Shown here in pieces: positions 52,750 to 64,000 of a stretch of DNA of 64,000 nucleotides; positions within the stretch are counted from its first letter, which is position 1; every line of letters starts with the position of its first letter. The DNA lies in the NCBI RefSeq assembly GCF_018350175.1, contig NC_058368.1, positions 43,712,001 to 43,776,000 on the forward strand, written 5' to 3'. Under the pieces are notes generated by a model. It searched no databases. It worked only from the letters and a program-made list of their open reading frames with translations, and was not told the origin of the DNA. Both the position numbers and the translations under genes were made by a program. This DNA comes from Felis catus. Lineage: Eukaryota.

Positions 52750-53849
52750 CTTCTTCCTCCAGACCAAGGGATGGAGCCCATGCAGGCCTTTTTAGCTCAC
52801 ACAATCCCAGCCAGACTGTAAGCATAGAGGCCAGCCTGTGTATAGATGAGTTGAAGCTCTACATGACTGAGAACTTCATCTCCACAATCCCTGCCATCTA
52901 GGGGGATACAATGATGAGCATCAAAATTATCTGATACCACTTCACTGGAATCCTAGCTGGCTCCTTTTTTATAAAAAATTCACAGATTTGGCCACAGCCA
53001 AGAAGCATTTGCATGAAATTAATGGGAAGCCCCTTCCAGGACCTACACCTTTACTTAGCTTACAGCTGTACCAGGCTGGCACATCTGGGTTCATAGAATC
53101 ATGGAGCTGGCAGTGCCCTTAATGGTTCCCTTCATTTTATACAGAATAAAAAGCTGTGGCTTTTTTTTTCCAAGGCAAAACATTTTTAACTGAACTATGC
53201 CACTTATTGGAAACAACCAGAAAACATCCTTGAGTATTTCTTCTTTGTGAGGGACCTGACCCAGATGTGGATGATGGCATATTGTATGAATTCTTTGTCA
53301 AAGACTACCCCTCCTTTTGGGGAGTCAGGGCAGTTTTGGACCAAAGAGATATGTCTAAAGGCTATGATTTTGTCACAGTTGCAGATGTACTGAAACAGAA
53401 GTGAGCCCTGACTGAGTGCCAGGGAGCAGTCAGCCTGGCATCTAAACCAGTGTGGCTGAGGAGTCTGGCAATCCCCACATGAGCCAAGTGAAGTCAGTGA
53501 GGTAGAATCAGAGTTAATACTTAACAGCTACAACCCCCATTACCAGCAGTAGCAGAACTACTACACCCACTGGTGCATGACCAGAACAGAGGCAGCTACA
53601 GCTACAACTGTCCCCAGTTTGGTTACACTCAGAGCACTATGTAGACATATGAAGAAGCTGGGGATGACACATTGGAGGACCCCATGCCACAGCTGGATGT
53701 GACTGAAACCAACAAGGAGCTCATGGACCAGAGCGAGGACCTGTAGGATGCACTGATGGACCATAACTAGCAGCCCCTGGACAGTGTCTTCAGACAGGAC
53801 ACAGGACAAGCCAAAATGGACTATGTGAGGGAGATAAGAGACTCTTTTT

Positions 53850-53890
<41 letters not shown>

Positions 53891-54077
53891 ATATTGGAAA
53901 ACTTTAACTTTTGGGAAATAATTTGTAAGAGTTTAGTAATTGACTAGTCTGAGATTATGACTATTCCTGAAACACTGCTGCCTTCATTTGACAGTGAGAC
54001 ATGTGAGTTTGAAAACCAAAGGACCAATTCATAATGTTTGAACAAAGTTCCAAAAAAAAGAGAAAAAAAAAGAAGAA
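52750..54077 (+). pseudogene. TRNAU1AP: Processed pseudogene of tRNA selenocysteine 1-associated protein 1 (SECp43, two RRMs)
   Basis: Manual translation from 52824 gives [67 protein letters not shown] (restoring one frameshift), [41 protein letters not shown], matching the recalled TRNAU1AP protein; intronless, many stops and frameshifts; A-rich tail at ~54052-54077; 18-bp TSD aagaaaacaa(g/t)ccca(t/c)tt at 52732-52749 and 54078-54095. Confidence 0.95.
53849..53890. repeat. (AAC)n microsatellite in the retrocopy 3' UTR
   Basis: Seen directly. Confidence 0.95.
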
Positions 54078-54123
54078 AAGAAAACAATCCCACTTACAAT
54101 ATCATAAAAATGAATAAAATACT

Positions 54124-54338
54124 GGGGCGCTTGGGTGGCTTAGTTGGTTAAGCGACCAACTTCAGCTCATGATCTCATGGTTTGTGAGTTTGAGCCTCGT
54201 GTCAGGAGCTCAGAGCCCAGAGCCTGCTTCAGATTCTGTGTCTCCCTCTCTCTCTGCCCCACCCTGCTTTCATTCTCTTTCTGTCTGTCTCTCTCTCTGA
54301 CTCTCTCTTTCTCAAAATAAACATTATATTTTTTAAAA
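54124..54338 (+). mobile_element. CanSINE
   Basis: ggggcgcttgggtggcttagttggttaagcg...(CT)n...aataaacatt; TSD gaataaaatact. Confidence 0.93.
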
Positions 54339-54556
54339 ATAGAATAAAATACTTAATGATAAACTTAACCAAGGAGGCAAAAGGCATGTACACTGAAAAC
54401 TACAAAACACTGATAGAAATAATTTTTAAAAGATACAGATAAATGGAAAAGTATCTTGTGTTTATAGCTTGGAACACTCACTGTTGTTAAAATGTCCATA
54501 CTACCCAAAACAATGTACAGATTCAATGCAATCTCTATCATGATTTCAATGACACT

Positions 54557-54559
<3 letters not shown>

Positions 54560-54606
<47 letters not shown>
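54560..54606. repeat. (CA)n microsatellite
   Basis: Seen directly. Confidence 0.97.
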
Positions 54607-54609
<3 letters not shown>

Positions 54610-55195
54610 GAAAAATATTCCTAAAATTCTATGGAACTAAAAAGGACCCCAAATAGCCAAAACAACCTTGACCAAAAGAAGAAAAAAGCTTCAGGACACA
54701 CACTTCCCTATTTTTAAAACATATGAAAAAGGTACAGTAATTAAACCTGTTTGATACTGGACAAAAACCACACCTGTAGACCAGTGGAACAAACTTGAGA
54801 GCTCAAAAATAAATTCATACGTATGTGGTCTCCTGATTTACAACAAGATTGCCACATTAGGGAGGATGATTCTGGGAAAACTGGAAATATACATGCAATG
54901 GAATGAAACTGGACCCTCTTACACCATACACAGTTATCAAGTCAAAATAAAGACTAAGGAAGATGTTCAATTGTAAAATTCCTAGAAGAAAACATAAAGG
55001 AAAAGCTTTGTGGCTCCTTGGGTATGACCATCAGAAACACAAGGAACAATAGCATAAATAGATAAGTCAGAATATATCACACAAAAAAACTTCTGCATGG
55101 CAAAGGAAAAATCAACACCATGAAAGGCAAAATGGAAAAATCAACAGAATGAAAAGGCAGAAAATATTTTCAATATATATGTACTAAGAGGTTAA

Positions 55196-55197
55196 TA

Positions 55198-55245
<48 letters not shown>

Positions 55246-55451
55246 TATTATATATATATACTATATATATATATAGTATATATATAGTATATATATATAG
55301 TATATATATAGTATATATGTGTATATATAGTATATATATATAGTATACTTTATATACTTTTGGGAAATAATTTGTAAGAGTATATTAAGTATACTATATA
55401 TATACTATAGTATAGTATATATATATATATATATACTATTATATATATATA

Positions 55452-55488
<37 letters not shown>
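55196..55488. repeat. Complex interrupted (TA)n array
   Basis: Seen directly; tatag/ctata variants and one embedded unique segment. Confidence 0.95.
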
Positions 55489-55490
<2 letters not shown>

Positions 55491-58400
55491 ACACTCATAA
55501 TTCAATGGCAAAGTAAACAAATGACCCAATTAAAAATGGTCAAATGACTTGAGTAATGACATGTCTCCAAAGATCACATACAAATGGCTAAAAGGTATAT
55601 GAAAAAATGATCAACTTCACTAGTAATCAGGGAAATGCAAATCAAAAACACAATTAGATCTCAACTTATACCTGTTAGGATTGCCATTATTAAGAAAAAA
55701 TAACAAACAAAACCCCCAGAAAATAAGTGTTGGCAACCATGTGGAAAAATTAGAACCCTTGTACGTTACTACAGGGAATGTAAACTGGAGCAACCACTGT
55801 GGAAAAAAGTCTAGAGGATCCTTCAAAAAATTAGAAATAGAACTAGCATGTGATCTTGCAATACCACTTCTGTATGTTTATCTAAAAGGTCTGAAGTCAT
55901 AATCTTGAAGAGATGTTTGCTCTCCCATGTTCATTGCACCATTATTCACAATAGCCAAGAAATAGAAACCACTCATATTTCTATCGACAGAGGATTAGAA
56001 AATGTGGAATATATATATATATATAAATGTACATTGAAAACTACAAAACATTGCTGAAAATAATTTTTAAAAGATACAGATAAATGGAAAGGTATTTTGT
56101 GTTCATGGGTGGAAGACTTACTGTTGTTAAAATGTCCATACTACCCGAACATATACACACATATATGTGTGTCTGTATGCATGTATGTGTATATATACAT
56201 TTACATACATATATATATATTAAAATCCTGTTTTATGCTACAACATGGATTAATTTTGAGGACATTCTGTTAAGTGAAGAAGCCAGTTACAGAAGACTAA
56301 ATATGCATAATCCCACTTATATCTATCTTATACCTAAGATAGTTAAAATCACTGAAACAGAAAATAGAATGTTGGTTGCCAGTAGCTGAGGGAACGATAA
56401 TGGGAGTTGCTGTTCAGTGAGTATAAAGTTTCAGTCATGAAATAAAAGTTCTGGAATTCTACTGTGTAGTATTATGCTCATCATTAACAATAATGTAGTA
56501 TACGCTTAAGTTTGTATTAAATGGGTTGATTTCATATTATGTGCTGCCTATCACAATTCTTGTCTGAAATGTAGTGGCGGCTAGATTGAAGAAGGGAGTT
56601 GGAATAGGAGGACATACTAATGTGGGATAGTTAGGATTATAATGGGAAATGGAAGAAGTCTTGATTTAGGATGGTAACAGATGATTTTTTACAAATTTAT
56701 TTTTCTCAGTTTTGAGAGAAAGAATTGCTGTTCTATATTAGATGCATGATAGATGCAGAAAGAAAATGAAATGAGAATATTAATAAGAGGATGTTTTCAG
56801 ATGAAAGGAGGAATTAAAATTAGACAAATGTGAAAATCTGGGAAAAAATGAAGAATTTTAAGTCCGTTTTTGCCATCTGTTGCCTACTGCAGTTTGGCAA
56901 TTTTGTATTATTTGGCAGTTTAAAGATAGGTAACACTTGGCAAATAATAAGTTTATCTTTTTAGGCATTTAGTACAAATACTACCAAAGTGTAGAAATAG
57001 ATCTTTTAAAAAAAATCTGCCCAAACAAAAAAAAAAGCAAAACAAAAAGTCTGAACAGGACTTCATTAATAAAAATATTTAAGATTCAGTATGGAAAAGG
57101 GACACAAAAAGTTGGTCAACATACTTTAAGGAAATCAAAAAAAAATTAAGAAATCTCTTTAGAGTGACTAAAAAACCCTAACCACTGAAAATATCAAACT
57201 TAGTGAGGGTGTGTAACAACAGGAACTCTTATTTATTGCAGGTAGGAATGCAAATTGGGGCAACCGCTTTGGAAGACAGTTTGGCAAGGTAAACATCAAG
57301 ATAAACATAGACACATCATATGTGATACAACAGTCATATTCCCAATGATTAGGCAGATATTTATCTAAAAGCTGCTTTTAAACTTAGTGTTTAACAGATG
57401 TCCTGAATTGGAAAAAGTGGATAAGACTATTATATCTCCCATCAATAAATCTTGGATAAGGGTGGCCCTGAATATTGGCCATGATCTCAGGTAAGCAGCT
57501 CCTCGTAATAGACTATAACACAGAAAAAAAGACGTAGCTGCTAGCCATAAGCAGTCAAACTTCCTAGAAGTTTGGAAAATAAGTCCTTGGTCATTAAGGT
57601 GATCTATTTTAGTGGCACACCAGAATATCAACTAAGTCTTGTTTTCCTCTTTAAAACTGTAGGTCTCCTCCCTGAATTAGAACTGTAGATGGGTTGGTGG
57701 GTTTGTCAGAGATTTTGTAGGTTCTTATTACAGTTTTTTCCTAGTCAATTATTTTCATGTATATGAATGCCCATGTATAGTAACACTTTTCATGTATTAC
57801 ATGTAATCTTTCTTAGTAAAATAACAATATTATCGTAACTTCATTTTGCTAGGTCATGTTTCCAAGTAGATGATTCAACTAGTATATTTTAAGGGAATTC
57901 TAGCCACTTGCAAAGAAGTTAAATGATTTTACACAATGTTATTTTAGAAGCTCCTCCTATGAATTTAGGAAAATTCATAGTTAGGAAATTAGTTAGGAAA
58001 TTTCTTAAATCTCTTTCTAAGTTTTAATTTGACCCTCTACAAATTCCCATCTGTTTCATATTACTTTCTTGTCGGCTTTATCTAAGTCAGGTCTTGAATT
58101 ATTGGTGGCAAAGAGAAAAGGAAATACTTGACAATTCACTCTATACTCCTTTATAATACAATGTTGTGACAAATATGTTTTCCTTTTTTTGACAAAATAC
58201 ATATGTTATATGTCCCTTCGATAATTGAAAAGATTTTTTTTTGAGATCTTTATGAGAAAACACAGTTCCAAGTGTCTGATACCCTTCATGAAGTCAGTCA
58301 CAACTGCTGCTGCACTGAGCATCAGAAATTTACATTCTCAGTTCAGGATAGCAAGGAAACGTCTTTTAAGATGAATTTGTATATTCTTGTGTTAAACTAC

Positions 58401-59137
58401 GACTTGTGCAATGAAACCATTGTGCCCAACTTCCGGTAGGTTTTTCTCCATATAGCCCCATTCCTTAGACTATTTCAGTGAGATTTTAGGTAGAAAGTAA
58501 AATCTTGAAATGAAACTATACTTAGTATACAATGTTTTAAATACATGGAATTTCCTAAATGGACAAGTTTTGAAATTACATTACAGTTTATATGCCAAAA
58601 ATGGGGATTTTTAGGTATTCAAAATGGCAAGCATCAATTGATACTCAAATATATTTTGATACAATATCCCATGTTTACTACTATTCAGAGTTGTTTTTCT
58701 AAGGCATGCATACTCATGACATGTATCTTGTAAAAGTAAATTTAATTTAATTTAAATCACATTAATTTAATTCAGTTTATCTCAGCCATTATTAAGGTTT
58801 CAACTACTTTAAGGCTATAATTTTGGTTTACTCTGCAATTTATAGAATATTCAAGCTTGAATGTGCAGTATGCTTCCAAGGTTATAAAAAAATCAAATAA
58901 ACATTGTGAGAAGCCTCAGGAATTTACCCTCTCAGACAAAAGATTAGATTTAGAAATGTACTATTAATAAAAAAGGAAAAGGAAAACAATTTTACACAAT
59001 TGTCTAATGAATTAAAATGATTTTTAAAATGAAAAATAATCTTGTAAGATTTAGTACACAAACTTTGTTCTTTAGGGTTTATAAATACTAACTATTATTC
59101 TATAGGACTTGTAAAAGTTGTTGATTAAAAGCTCCAA

Positions 59138-59342
59138 GGAGCACCTGGTTGGCTCAGTCAGTTGATCGTCCAACTTCGGCTCAGTTCATGATCACACGGT
59201 CTGGTCCCTGAGTTAGAGCCCCGTGTCAGGCTCTGTGCTGACAGCTCAGAGCCTGGAGCCTGCTTCAGTTTCTGTGTCTTCCTCTCTCTGCCCCTCCCCT
59301 TCTTGCACTCTGTCTCTCTCTCAAAACTAAACATTAAAAAAA
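59138..59342 (+). mobile_element. CanSINE
   Basis: ggagcacctggttggctcagtcagttga...(CT)n, A tail; TSD aaaagctc. Confidence 0.93.
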
Positions 59343-59891
59343 AAAGCTCTCACATTATATATTCTTACCCAATAGCAATTTATATGTCAAATTTTTCTCC
59401 TTAAAACTCATGGAAATTAAAATGCCTTATGATTACTTGGGCTTTATTTTAGGACATGATTTTTTTTTATTTAAAAGGATATTCAAATAACAAAACAAGA
59501 AAGTCATGGTGCTTACATAAGTATACATCAGTCTATTTATTAATATCTTATATAATGATAAATTATGCAAATTTTTATGATAATCTCTATTTCTTAAGAT
59601 AGAGGCTTGCTATAGAAAAATATGCCTCATATTGATTTCAATAACTGTCATTTAAACACTCTGTTCTGTGATATATTTCATAATATAAAACATTTAAAAA
59701 GAAAAATAATAGAACACAAAAGCATTGTAGATGTCTCTTCTGTTTGTTCCCCATTTATTGCTATAAATATGACATTCAATCAAAGGTATTGCACTTAGAA
59801 TGAATTCAGTCTTAACAGCAGCCTAGTACTCAATATTCCTCAGTCTGTATGCAGATTTTATTTGTATATCTTAACATTATATAGCTTATCC

Positions 59892-60086
59892 TTTATGTAT
59901 TTATTTGTATTTTAGAGACAGAGCATGAACAGGAAAGGGGTCAGTGGGAGAAAGAGAGAGAATGTTAAACAGGCTCCATGCTCAGCACGAAGCCCAGTGC
60001 TGGGCTGGATCCCATGACCCTCGGATCATGACCTGAGCCTAAACCAAGAGTCAGAAGCTCAACTGACTGAGCCACCCAGGTGCCCC
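59892..60086 (-). mobile_element. CanSINE, older subfamily
   Basis: ggatcatgacctgagcc...caagagtcagaagctcaactgactgagccacccaggtgcccc. Confidence 0.9.
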
Positions 60087-61591
60087 AGTTTATCCATTAA
60101 AGTACTCTTTGTTTTCCACATTTTTTTTGATATCTTTTACATCTCTAATAGGATACAGATTTCTTGCCATGTATAAATTAGGCAACTTGGGATATACAAA
60201 AGTAAAATTTTAATCATGTCTCCAAAAATACTAAAGTTTGTTGATCATAAAAGTGATCAACATTTTCTAGCTCATCCAATTACAATAATTTTGGAAAATT
60301 TTATTTTCTTATAAACAGAGGAAGTGTTATTAATAGTGGCAACTATGTTACAGAAATTATGGTGCAACACGTAGTGTGAATTTAGTAATATTATAAGAAA
60401 ATAGTCCTTGATTAATTTAGGTGGTGTGGAATTTTCAGTGTCTTCAAAATGCTGACAAAGGCAAACAGCTTATCTTTGACCTTCTTTACTCATGCAGCAC
60501 AATTAATTGCATTTCTGCATGATCGACTGTTACATTCACTTTATTTATCTAAACATGAATTTGTCTTATAGTTCATTTGACTTTGAAGATTTTTTTTTGA
60601 CACTTGAATGCTGAAAATTTAGTGTCATACTGGTACTTTATTATCGGTCTCAGGGACATAAATAGAACCACAATGGACAAGATTGAAGGCTTTGAATATT
60701 TTATAAAATGTAATCATTTGCATCAACATATTTAAGACAGTCCGACTGCTTTTTGCTTTTTACATTATCACACTATTACAGTACATGCATGTGTGTTTGT
60801 ATGTGTGTGTGTATGTGAGAGACTGCAAGAAACACAGAGTGAGAGAGAGAGAGCAAGAGAGAGACTTTGTGGGAAAAAAGAAAGAATTTGACTTTTAAGT
60901 TAGACTTAAATAATTTTTTGGTAAGTGCTTGCTTCAAAAGTGTCATAACATTCTCCTAGTTCTATTGCTTTATTTATACAGATGTGATAATGTGATATCT
61001 GGTAGAAATTGACTGCATATTTGAAATTATAATCCATAGATCACTGATGGGTGTTATCAGTGTTCTGAGAGCAATAAATGATGGAGTGGATTGTTCCCCA
61101 ATCCTGGAAAAAATTGATAGAATTCAGTGAAAAAAATGTTAGCTAACCTGGTCAAACACAATAGTTTTCCCAGTAACTCACTGTAGGACATAACCAATAA
61201 AGAAGAATGCTTAAAATAACTACTTAGCTCCAGAAAATATTCTGAAGAAAAAAAAATGGTGATAGAAAAAGTCTTTAAGGTTTTCACACTAGGGTAAGAA
61301 TTTCAGGCTTTCATGCCTTTAACATTGTCTGGATTTAATTTTCTTCAAATGCTACGTTGCCAGATCTCCAAATATCTATTAATTTTTAAAAATAGAGAGA
61401 AGTAAAAAAAAAGTAACATGCATTTATAGAATATATATATTCTCCACATATTTTTCCAAAGAGTTGTTTATATTGTTTCACCAAAGAATCATTTCAAACT
61501 GATTTAGTAGAAAAAGAGAATATGAGGTTAGTTTCTTACACTGAAAAGGATTTCATATCATAGTTCAACAGCATGAAATAAAGTTTCAAGC

Positions 61592-61594
<3 letters not shown>

Positions 61595-61636
<42 letters not shown>
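61595..61636. repeat. (TA)n microsatellite
   Basis: Seen directly. Confidence 0.97.
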
Positions 61637-61639
<3 letters not shown>

Positions 61640-62085
61640 CACTGAAATTGATTCTGAAATTCAGTTTTCTTAAAATGCTTGAGATTTAATTGTCCAATTA
61701 ATTGTCCAATCTGTTACTTTTAGCAAAAGGAAAAACACGTTTGTAGCTATATTTATCATGTGTCAATAATTTACATTTAAAATGATACTAATGGTGCCTT
61801 CAAATATCATTGAACATGTAATATGCCATGCAATGAAGGCTAAACACTTTACATGCATGCCTCATGAAGTGTTGAAGAGGTAAGTAATTTAATGGAAAAC
61901 TCACAGCTAGCAAATGGTTTATTTGAAACCTGAAGCAGGCTACTCTGAACTTGAAGTTCACGGCCTTAACCATTCTGTTATTTAATGATAACTGAACTCT
62001 AAAGATCTATGAACACAGGTATAAAGTGATTTATTTGGGAAGTTTAAATACAAAAACAGACATTTTTCTGATTAATATTGTGGGG

Positions 62086-62294
62086 TTTCTTAAATTTTAT
62101 TTATTTTGAGAGAGAGAGAGAGAGAGAATGAGTGGGGGAGGGGTAGAGACGGAGGGAGAGGGAGAATCCCAAGCAAGCTCCATGCTGTTAGCGCAGAGCC
62201 TGAAGCTAGGCCAGATACCACTAACCATGAGATCATTACCTGACCCAAAATCAAGAGTCCAGAAGCTTAATCAACTGGGCAACCCAGGCACCCC
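62086..62294 (-). mobile_element. CanSINE, older subfamily
   Basis: (GA)n, gagaatcccaagcaagctcc...ccaggcacccc; TSD aatattgtg. Confidence 0.92.
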
Positions 62295-63292
62295 AATATT
62301 GTGTTTTGAATAGATGGTTTTGCATAAAAAATCACATATGTCTTTTGAATCACAAATGCAATGCTGGAAGCTATGTAACTACGTATATTTTTTTAAGAGC
62401 ATAATGTTAAGTGTGTATCATAGCCCTTCTGTAAGCGTTTGTTTTATAAATTATCAGATTGTATACATCTTATTTTCAAATATTAAATAACAACTTTGTT
62501 TAAAACCAGGGTAAAAGGCATATGATCTTTAACTTCTACTGTAAATATGTGAAATACAGGGAAAATGAATTTCATGGAGTACAAAGTCAACAATCCTTGG
62601 GATTTCAGAAATAACAAATGGTAACTTGGTTGTGGTTTGCTTTGTGGAAAAATGGCTTGTCATTCAAATTGTTGCAAAATGTTTTAAATGATAGACTCTT
62701 TAGACTTAGAGTTCCCTAAAGAGTAAACTGAATATTTTTTCTCTAACAATAGCTCAGTAGATAGAAAAGTTGTGTTTTTTTCAATTAATCATATCTGTGC
62801 AACTAACTTCCTAGGAATGCCTCTTTCCTCTCTATTTACTTGATACAAGAATGGTTGTTTATGGAAGAGGGTAATTTGGATCAGTGGGAGTAGCTAAAGA
62901 TCCATCCAAAAACATTGGTGTTTGGGAATACTTGCAAAGCCTTTACCAAGTGAGAGTTTTAAGTAACTTTATTTCCCCTGGGATTCCACAAGGAAGGAGC
63001 AGTGAGAACAGAATTTTTGTTGAAAGTCTCATGTGTTTAGATATACAATGAAGATTGTCCTATAGAGAGACTGGTTAAATACAACTTATTCTCCCATTAT
63101 TTGATTGTTGGAGCTGTGTTTTCTTCTTTGCCCTCAATTTCTTTCTCTCCTTATGTTTCTCTCTCTCCTTCATTCACTTTCTTCTTTGCCTCTTGCTTAT
63201 TCTATGTTAGTATCACCTTCATACATTCACACTGTTCATTTTACATATTAGGTGAATATTTGTATATCAACAGATTAGTCAGTAGTGTAAAG

Positions 63293-64000
63293 AATGAAAA
63301 AATGCTCAACATCACTCATCATCAGGGAAATGCAAATCAAAACTACAATGAGATACCACTCTGAAGCTGTTAGAATGGCTAAAATCAACAACACAAGAAA
63401 CAAGGATGGCAAGGATGTGGAGAAAGGGGAACCCTCTTGCACAGTCGGTAGTCATGCAAACTGGTGCAGCCGCCACTCTGGAAAACAGTATGGAGGTTCC
63501 TCGGAAAGTTAAAAATAGAATTGCCCTGTAATCCAACAACTGTATTACTAGGCATTTACCCAAAGGATACAAAAATACTAATTCAAAGGGATACATGCAC
63601 CCCGATCTTTATAGCAGCGTTATCTACAATAGCCAAAATATAGAAACAGACCAAGTATCCATTGACTAATGAATGGTTAAAGATGTAGTTTATATATACA
63701 ATGGAATATTGTTCAGCCACAAAAAGAATGAAATCTTGCCTTTTGTAATGACATGAATGGAGCTGGAGAGTATTATGCTAAGTGAAATAAATAAGACAAA
63801 GACAAATACCAAATTATTTCACTCATATGTGGAATTCAAGGAACAAAACATACAAGCAAAGGGAAAAAAAGAGAGAGGTTGGGAGGGAAATGGGGGGGTG
63901 GCAACAAAAAACACACTCTTAACTATAGAGAATAAACTGATGGTTAATGGAGGGGTGGTGGGTGGAAGGAATGGATGAAATAGGTGACAGGTATTAAGGA
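63293..64000 (+). mobile_element. 5'-truncated carnivore LINE-1 3' part, running off the window end
   Basis: [22 protein letters not shown] and MELESIMLSEI, followed by L1 3' UTR. Confidence 0.93.

Larger units (their letters stand above)
52480..56560 (+). mobile_element. Older L1 (L1MA-like), RT region to 3' end; host of the retrocopy, a SINE and microsatellites
   Basis: ctgttcacagatgacatga (FADDM-like); L1 sequence resumes after the retrocopy TSD; 3' UTR motifs gaatgttggttgccag and tataaagtttcagt. Confidence 0.82.

Noticed and set aside
52824..53795. Functional TRNAU1AP retrogene
   Set aside because: Start codon is ATA and there are multiple in-frame stops and frameshifts
53561..53890. 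109-aa minus-strand ORF with a poly-Leu signal-peptide-like start
   Set aside because: Poly-Leu is the (AAC)n microsatellite; the rest is antisense of the pseudogene

Overview
AT-rich, retrotransposon-dense mammalian genomic DNA. The tRNA-derived carnivore SINEs (CanSINE/SINEC_Fc-like) and the LINE-1 family point to a felid or other feliform carnivore. I found no intact protein-coding gene; the long ORFs are LINE-1 ORF1/ORF2 remnants or artefacts of repeats and microsatellites. Main contents: (i) two near-full-length, disabled felid-type L1 elements facing tail-to-tail (27285-33228 +, 36613-42519 -), each with target-site duplications (TSDs) and each inserted into an older L1; (ii) an ~11 kb nested pile of plus-strand L1 pieces (45470-56560) containing a decayed TRNAU1AP (SECp43) processed pseudogene; (iii) 13 CanSINEs, MaLR LTRs, MIR, L2 and MER63-like relics, and many microsatellites. 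Most interesting: the TRNAU1AP retrocopy carries a 124-nt frame-disrupting, MIR-like segment at what I recall as an exon junction (a possible fossil poison-exon isoform); there are several locally templated insertions in TA arrays and at L1 5' junctions; and there is a candidate 9-nt microexon in repeat-free DNA. I see no evidence of a wholly new genetic system. Repeat family names come from recalled consensus sequences, not from a database search, and most old-repeat boundaries are approximate.
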